A stretch of 63,574 bases of DNA, counting the filler, from Methanobacteriota archaeon (GTDB lineage Archaea; JACRDV01), in the NCBI GenBank assembly GCA_024860865.1. It is 6 parts of 6 records of this genome, joined end to end, with 100 filler letters (N's around TTAATTAATTAA, not from the genome) between each part and the next. Parts side by side here need not be neighbours in the genome. Positions count along the whole stretch, not along the records: positions 54,997 to 61,424 come from JACRDV010000122.1; positions 61,525 to 63,574 come from JACRDV010000157.1; 4 more parts are not named here. One strand, 5' to 3'. The notes beneath the pieces are model-generated. The model searched no databases. It saw only the letters and a program-made list of their open reading frames with translations, and was not told the DNA's origin. Every line of letters starts with the position of its first letter. Position 1 is the first letter of the stretch. Of this stretch, positions 58,579 through 63,574 are shown piece by piece. Made by a program: the position numbers and the translations under genes.

Positions 58579-59856
58579 TTATTTTTTTAAATATTCATTG
58601 ATTATTTTTATAGCACATAAATCTGAGCACATTGTGCAGACGCGGGGGTTTTTAGGCAAACATTTTTCTCGATAGGCTCGAGCTCTTGGAGGGTAGACTG
58701 AAAGCTCAATTTGCCTTCTCCAATTTTGCGCTTTCCTTGCCTTTGCAATGGCTAAATCTTGTTCAGCTCCAATTCCTTTAGCTATATCGCCAGCATGAGC
58801 AGCAATCTTTGCAGCAATAACCCCTTCTCTAACATCCTCGACATCAGGTAAAGCAAGGTGTTCAGAAGGTGTAACATAACAAATGAAATCAGCTCCAGCC
58901 GCAGCTGCAATTGCTCCCCCAATGGCTGAGGTAATATGGTCGAAACCAGGCGCAATATCAGTTACAATTGGTCCAAGTAAATAGAGTGGAGCATTTTTGC
59001 TCAATTTTTTTGCTGAGAGCACGCTAGCTTCAACTTGATTAAGCGGAACATGGCCCGGTCCTTCTACAATTGTCTGAACATTTTTCTCTCTAGCTTTATC
59101 AACAAGTTCCCCTAAAATAATAGTCTCCTCAATCATAGGTCTATCCATAGAATCAGCTATACACCCGGGCCTCATCCCATCTCCTAGACTCAGAGTTAAG
59201 TCATATTTCTGAGCAAGCTCTAGCAGGTAATCAAAATTAGAATAAAGAGGATTTTCTTTTTTGTTGTGAATCATCCAAGCCGCATGGAAAGAACCCCCTC
59301 TGCTAACTATATCTAAAACCCTACCTTGCTTAATTAGCTCTTGCAAGCTCCGTTGTGTAACTCCGCAATGAACTGTGACAAAATCTACTCCATCTTTTGC
59401 ATGTTTTTCAATTGCATTAAAAATATCATCTTCAGACATTTGAACTATCGCGCCTTTTTTTTGGATTGCCTCAACAGCAGCTTGATAAATTGGAACTGTA
59501 CCAATGGGTACTTGAACTTCTTTTAAAATGGATTTTCGAATTTGGTCTATATCTCCTCCAACGCTCAGGTCCATTACAGCATCTGCACCGGCTTCAACTG
59601 CAATTCTTGCTTTCTCAAGCTCCTTTTTGAGATCTATCAAATCCGTCGAAGTTCCAATATTGGCATTTATTTTTGTGCGCAAACCCTCTCCAATTCCAAC
59701 TAATTTAACATTGGTTCGGTTGACATTTTTAGGAATAACCAAGCTACCCCTAGCTAGGCGTTGTCTAACAGCTTCTGCTGATTGTTTTTCAGCTTCAGCT
59801 ACTGCCTTAATTTCCTCAGTAATTATCCCTCTTTTTGCGGCAGCCATTAAACTCAT
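58579..59856 (-). CDS. thiC: Phosphomethylpyrimidine synthase ThiC (or a Bza-type paralog)
   Basis: KINANIGTS, MDLS, GTVPIYQ, SRGGS, SLGDGMRPG, EGPGH, CTMC..LCA. Confidence 0.9.
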   Translation of the reverse strand: MSLMAAAKRGIITEEIKAVAEAEKQSAEAVRQRLARGSLVIPKNVNRTNVKLVGIGEGLRTKINANIGTSTDLIDLKKELEKARIAVEAGADAVMDLSVGGDIDQIRKSILKEVQVPIGTVPIYQAAVEAIQKKGAIVQMSEDDIFNAIEKHAKDGVDFVTVHCGVTQRSLQELIKQGRVLDIVSRGGSFHAAWMIHNKKENPLYSNFDYLLELAQKYDLTLSLGDGMRPGCIADSMDRPMIEETIILGELVDKAREKNVQTIVEGPGHVPLNQVEASVLSAKKLSKNAPLYLLGPIVTDIAPGFDHITSAIGGAIAAAAGADFICYVTPSEHLALPDVEDVREGVIAAKIAAHAGDIAKGIGAEQDLAIAKARKAQNWRRQIELSVYPPRARAYREKCLPKNPRVCTMCSDLCAIKIINEYLKK

Positions 59857-59913
59857 ACTACCACGCAAACAAAGTTTTTTCTTAAGAGAAATAGATTATT
59901 TTAGAGGTATTTT

Positions 59914-60294
59914 ATGTCTCTTTCTGAGCTTAGGGCAAAGGATGTAATGATTAGAGAACTTTTAACTATTACTCCAGAAGAACGAGTAGCAGCAGCTAGA
60001 TTAAGAATGGTTCGAAATAATATTGGAGCTTTACCTGTGGTTGAAGGGGATATTTTAGTAGGTATAATCACCCACCGCGATACTACTTTGGTTGAACCAA
60101 ATGGCTTGCTTTTAAAGGTTCGGGATATAATGTCAAAGAATATTATAACAATAACAAAAGAAACTACGCTAAAAGAAATCACAAATATTATGAAGCAAAC
60201 AGGTTTCCAAAGGCTTCCTGTGGTTGAAAATAAAAAGTTAGTAGGGCTGGTAACACAAAGTTGCATCATCAATGCAATAGCAGACAGCCTTTGA
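59914..60294 (+). CDS. CBS domain protein
   Basis: Two CBS repeats (LPVVE...LVGIIT, LPVVE..LVGLVT). Confidence 0.9.
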   Translation: MSLSELRAKDVMIRELLTITPEERVAAARLRMVRNNIGALPVVEGDILVGIITHRDTTLVEPNGLLLKVRDIMSKNIITITKETTLKEITNIMKQTGFQRLPVVENKKLVGLVTQSCIINAIADSL

Positions 60295-60304
60295 TGGTGA
60301 TAAC

Positions 60305-61102
60305 TTGAAGTTGATTACATTATTGACTGACTTTGGAACGAAAGATGCATACGTTGCTGAAATGAAAGGGGTAATTCTTTCTATTAATCCTTCAGTTCAA
60401 ATTATAGATATAACTCACGATATTCAAAAATTTAATATATTACAAGGAGCTCACGCTCTTGCTTCAGCCGCCCAATATTTTCCGAAAGATACAATCCACG
60501 TTGCAGTTGTTGACCCAGGAGTTGGAACAAAAAGACGGCCAATAATTGTTCAAACTAAACATTGCTATCTAATAGGTCCAGACAATGGCTTACTCTATTA
60601 TGTTGCCGAAAAGTTTGGAGTTATAAAGTCTGTTGAAATTACCAATAAAAAATACATGTTAAATGCAGTTTCATCAACGTTCCATGGGCGCGATATCTTT
60701 TCTCCTGCTGCAGCATGGCTTGCAAAAGGGATCTCACTAAAAGAGTTTGGACCTGAAATTTCGGATATAGTAAAATTAGAAATACCAATGCCTCAAATAA
60801 CGAATAACAAAATAATTGGAGAAGTTTTGCATACAGATGAATTTGGTAACATTACAACTAACATTCCAAGTGAAGTTCTTAATAAATTAGAAATAAAATT
60901 TGGAGATAAAATTAACCTTAAGTTTGGAAAAAATACCCTGAGTATACCGTTTTTAAGGACATATGGTGAGATCGCAGTTGGAAAAATGCTTGCTTTAATT
61001 GGAAGCGAAAATTTGTTAGAAATAGCTATAAATCAAGGAAATGCAGCACAGTTCTTAAGCATGCAAATTGGAACACGAATTGAAATAATCAAGGGAGTAT
61101 AA
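60305..61102 (+). CDS. SAM hydroxide adenosyltransferase (DUF62)
   Basis: LLTDFG, VVDPGVGT.R, GPDNG, TFHGRD.F.P, DEFGN, LEIAIN.GNA. Confidence 0.93.
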   Translation: MKLITLLTDFGTKDAYVAEMKGVILSINPSVQIIDITHDIQKFNILQGAHALASAAQYFPKDTIHVAVVDPGVGTKRRPIIVQTKHCYLIGPDNGLLYYVAEKFGVIKSVEITNKKYMLNAVSSTFHGRDIFSPAAAWLAKGISLKEFGPEISDIVKLEIPMPQITNNKIIGEVLHTDEFGNITTNIPSEVLNKLEIKFGDKINLKFGKNTLSIPFLRTYGEIAVGKMLALIGSENLLEIAINQGNAAQFLSMQIGTRIEIIKGV

Positions 61103-61424
<322 letters not shown>

Positions 61425-61524
61425 NNNNNNNNNNNNNNNNNNNNNNNNNNNNNNNNNNNNNNNNNNNNTTAATTAATTAANNNNNNNNNNNNNNNNNNNN
61501 NNNNNNNNNNNNNNNNNNNNNNNN
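61425..61524. other. Artificial contig linker
   Basis: N run plus TTAATTAATTAA. Confidence 0.99.
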
Positions 61525-62142
61525 AATTGTTATGTTTTCCCATCTGCCTGTTCCAGTGTATGTGTAAGTGGTTGTACCACCAGGTTGGTTTTGATTGGTA
61601 CCAGAGTAAGTGTAAGATGTTTTATAAAGCCCAGCAAGTGGAAATGTAAGTGTTCTACTTTTGTTTGTAACGTTTGCATTTGAAGAAGTCCAAGCTGGGT
61701 ATTTAACAACACCCTTTGCACTAACTCTTAGCGACCAAACAGCGCCATCAGCTCTTGTTGGATATTGGGTTGTGTTACTGAAATAAGCAGTGTTAGAGTT
61801 TATTGCTCCTGTGTTGTTACTCCCAGACAAAACTATCTCCGGGGTTTCGTAGTAACCAGTTAGCTCTACTGCACTTGGATCTGCTGTGACAGTTGTTGTT
61901 ACAAATGCAAGGTTTCCAATTTGAGCTGCAACATCCGCGCCAGCAATTGTATCGCTTGCTCCGCCAGGAGCTTTCTCACCGACAACTACTACGCTGGAAG
62001 GAGCACCAGTGGTTGTGTCAACGAAGCCGAATTTGGTGTAATCTCCGCTATAGCTAACAGGGGCAGCAACAGCACCTGCCAATGTGATACCGAGCATCAA
62101 AGCACTCGTAGCTGCAGCAGTGATTTTTCTGAAAACGCTCAT
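61525..62142 (-). CDS. S-layer protein (Methanococcales/Thermococcales-like N-terminus), 3' partial
   Basis: RBS GGAGGT; RKITAAATSALMLG.TLA signal; VVVGEKA...SD.IAGADVAA; many NxS/T sequons. Confidence 0.8.
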
Positions 62143-62374
62143 TTTATACCTCCTTATAGTTATTGAGCCATTTTCCTAGTCGCAAATCTTTTTATATTTG
62201 CTTTTCGAATCGAATCAGAGTCAGACGTTTGTCAGACCCTTTCATTTTCTCATTCATAATTTGTTATTCCTCTGTTGAGGTAACAGAGCAAGTAGGTCAA
62301 GTAGTGCGAATCTAGAACAGATTTGGCACCACCAATAACTTGCTCGAGCATCATAATAGTATTTCCCTTTTAAA
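62143..62374 (-). promoter_or_regulatory. S-layer promoter and long structured 5' leader
   Basis: Minus strand CAAAAAGG-TTTAAAAG (BRE/TATA-like, TATA at 62367-62374); hairpin 62286-62345 closed by GAGCAAGT/ACTTGCTC. Confidence 0.5.
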
Positions 62375-62657
62375 CCTTTTTGCCCTAAATGTTGCAATAT
62401 TAAAATAAAAAACTAAGATAAAAGGAGATTATAATCTAAAAGAGTTTATTACAGGTTTTTTTGGTTTCAAAGGAAATTTAAACATATTATTTTTGAAATA
62501 AAGCCTTTCTAGCAGTTTTAATTTAGCAATAGAACAATGGGCTTAAAAAGGCTCTTATTTAAGCTCATAAAAAATCCTAGAATACTTGTTTTTCTTGGTT
62601 TTTAATTTCAAGATAATTTAAATACAAGAATTATATAATATCTTGCGTGGAATCTTA

Positions 62658-62906
62658 ATGGCCGAAGCAACTGTTTCTGAGAAATATCAAATTCAAATCC
62701 CTAAAGAAGTTAGGGAGAAGCTCGGAATCGAGCGGGGAGATAAAGTAATTTTCCAAGAAAAGGATGATATGCTATTCGTTAAGGTAAAAAAACTGCCAAA
62801 GAATCCCGTAGCGAATATCGATGGGATATTAGAAGGGTTAGATCTAAAAAAACTCAAGGCTCGAGCAACTCAAAAATTGCTCAAAAATAAGTTGGGATTA
62901 GTCTGA
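62658..62906 (+). CDS. AbrB/MazE-type antitoxin
   Basis: ATVSEKYQIQIPKEVREKLGIERGDKVIF. Confidence 0.9.
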   Translation: MAEATVSEKYQIQIPKEVREKLGIERGDKVIFQEKDDMLFVKVKKLPKNPVANIDGILEGLDLKKLKARATQKLLKNKLGLV

Positions 62907-63322
62907 GATTCATTGACGTTGGAATTTTTTTATGTGTAGCTTTAAAAAGCCCTCAAGAATATTATGAAGGATGCAAAGCTCTTTTAGAGAGATTAGAATT
63001 TCGAGCAGGGAAAGTAAAGGAGAAAGCCGCAACGACTGCACTCACTCCTACTGTTTTTTATTTTATCCTTGAAAACAGAGAAGATCTAACCAAGAGCAAA
63101 ATTACGCAAGCGATCTTAAGCATGAAAGCATTAAATATTTCATTTTTACCTTTAACCGATGGAGATTTAGTTGAGGAAGCTGCAAGATTAGCTGAAGAAA
63201 AAGAGACAGATTTTGATGATGCAGTTAATGCTTTAATAATGAAAAGAAGCAAGATAAAAGAAATTTATGCTTTAGACATGCATTATGATCGTTTTGAATG
63301 GATTAAACGAGTAGTACCATAG
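62903..63322 (+). CDS. VapC/PIN toxin (probable CTG start overlapping the antitoxin TGA)
   Basis: LRFIDVGIFL...DFDDA...IYALD.HYD; frame open 73 codons upstream of the ORF-track ATG. Confidence 0.8.
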   Translation: MRFIDVGIFLCVALKSPQEYYEGCKALLERLEFRAGKVKEKAATTALTPTVFYFILENREDLTKSKITQAILSMKALNISFLPLTDGDLVEEAARLAEEKETDFDDAVNALIMKRSKIKEIYALDMHYDRFEWIKRVVP

Positions 63323-63329
63323 TTTTTTA

Positions 63330-63480
63330 TTGATACTTCAGGAGCAGTTTCAACTACTCTGAAAATTTCTTCCGCCACTGGGTAAAGCCGCTCATGCTCT
63401 AAATTGCTCTTTGCTGAGTCTAGGTATTCCTCTGCCTTTTTCATGCTCCACTTAACCAAATCTTCTCGGCTTTTCCCCAT
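63330..63480 (-). pseudogene. HEPN-domain gene, 3' truncated (3' boundary approximate)
   Basis: KKAEEYLDSAKSNLEHERLYPVAEEIFRVVETA, then runs into the convergent PIN gene. Confidence 0.65.
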
Positions 63481-63574
63481 AGAGCAATTCACCTTTAGCT
63501 TGGGCTTCGAGTATTAGGGGGTTGTCTTTAAGTCCTCTCAAGTAGTCCTCTACCGACAAAACGATTGGATAGAC
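63452..63574 (-). CDS. Minimal nucleotidyltransferase (MNT) C-terminus, 5' partial
   Basis: VYPIVLSVEDY...NPLILEAQAKGELLYG, directly upstream of the HEPN gene. Confidence 0.65.
   Translation of the reverse strand, partial: VYPIVLSVEDYLRGLKDNPLILEAQAKGELLYGEKPRRFG

Overview
Archaeal, AT-rich, draft/MAG-like sequence with Euryarchaeota-type gene order. It is six unordered contig pieces joined by artificial 100-nt N/TTAATTAATTAA linkers (12390-12489, 30052-30151, 37162-37261, 54897-54996, 61425-61524). Most of it is core information-processing genes (tbp, mcm with two inteins, the rps19e-eIF6-pfdA-ftsY-srp54-rpl21e-rpo4 block, the rpl24e-ndk-aIF5B-rps6e-eIF2g-ppa-rpo7-spt4-rps24e-rps27ae-kae1-bud32 block), plus hypBCF, SepCysS, cobS, thiC and an S-layer gene, interleaved with about ten intact or decaying toxin-antitoxin modules. 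Strongest unexpected signal: the essential aIF5B/IF2 gene is interrupted inside its P-loop by a 30-nt, stop-containing hairpin with bulge-helix-bulge geometry; canonical tRNA-splicing-endonuclease cleavage would restore GHVDHGKT exactly, so it is a candidate mRNA intron. The same window has a tRNA-Gly with two BHB introns. Other highlights: a divergent tubulin/CetZ-like gene clustered with two membrane-anchored proteins sharing a cytoplasmic EEIFE tail and a cytoplasmic Ig-fold protein; an integron attC-like site ending a PIN-toxin cassette; an ORB box upstream of mcm; and TA modules flanked by duplicated host gene junctions. All family calls come from motif recognition by eye; no database searches were run.
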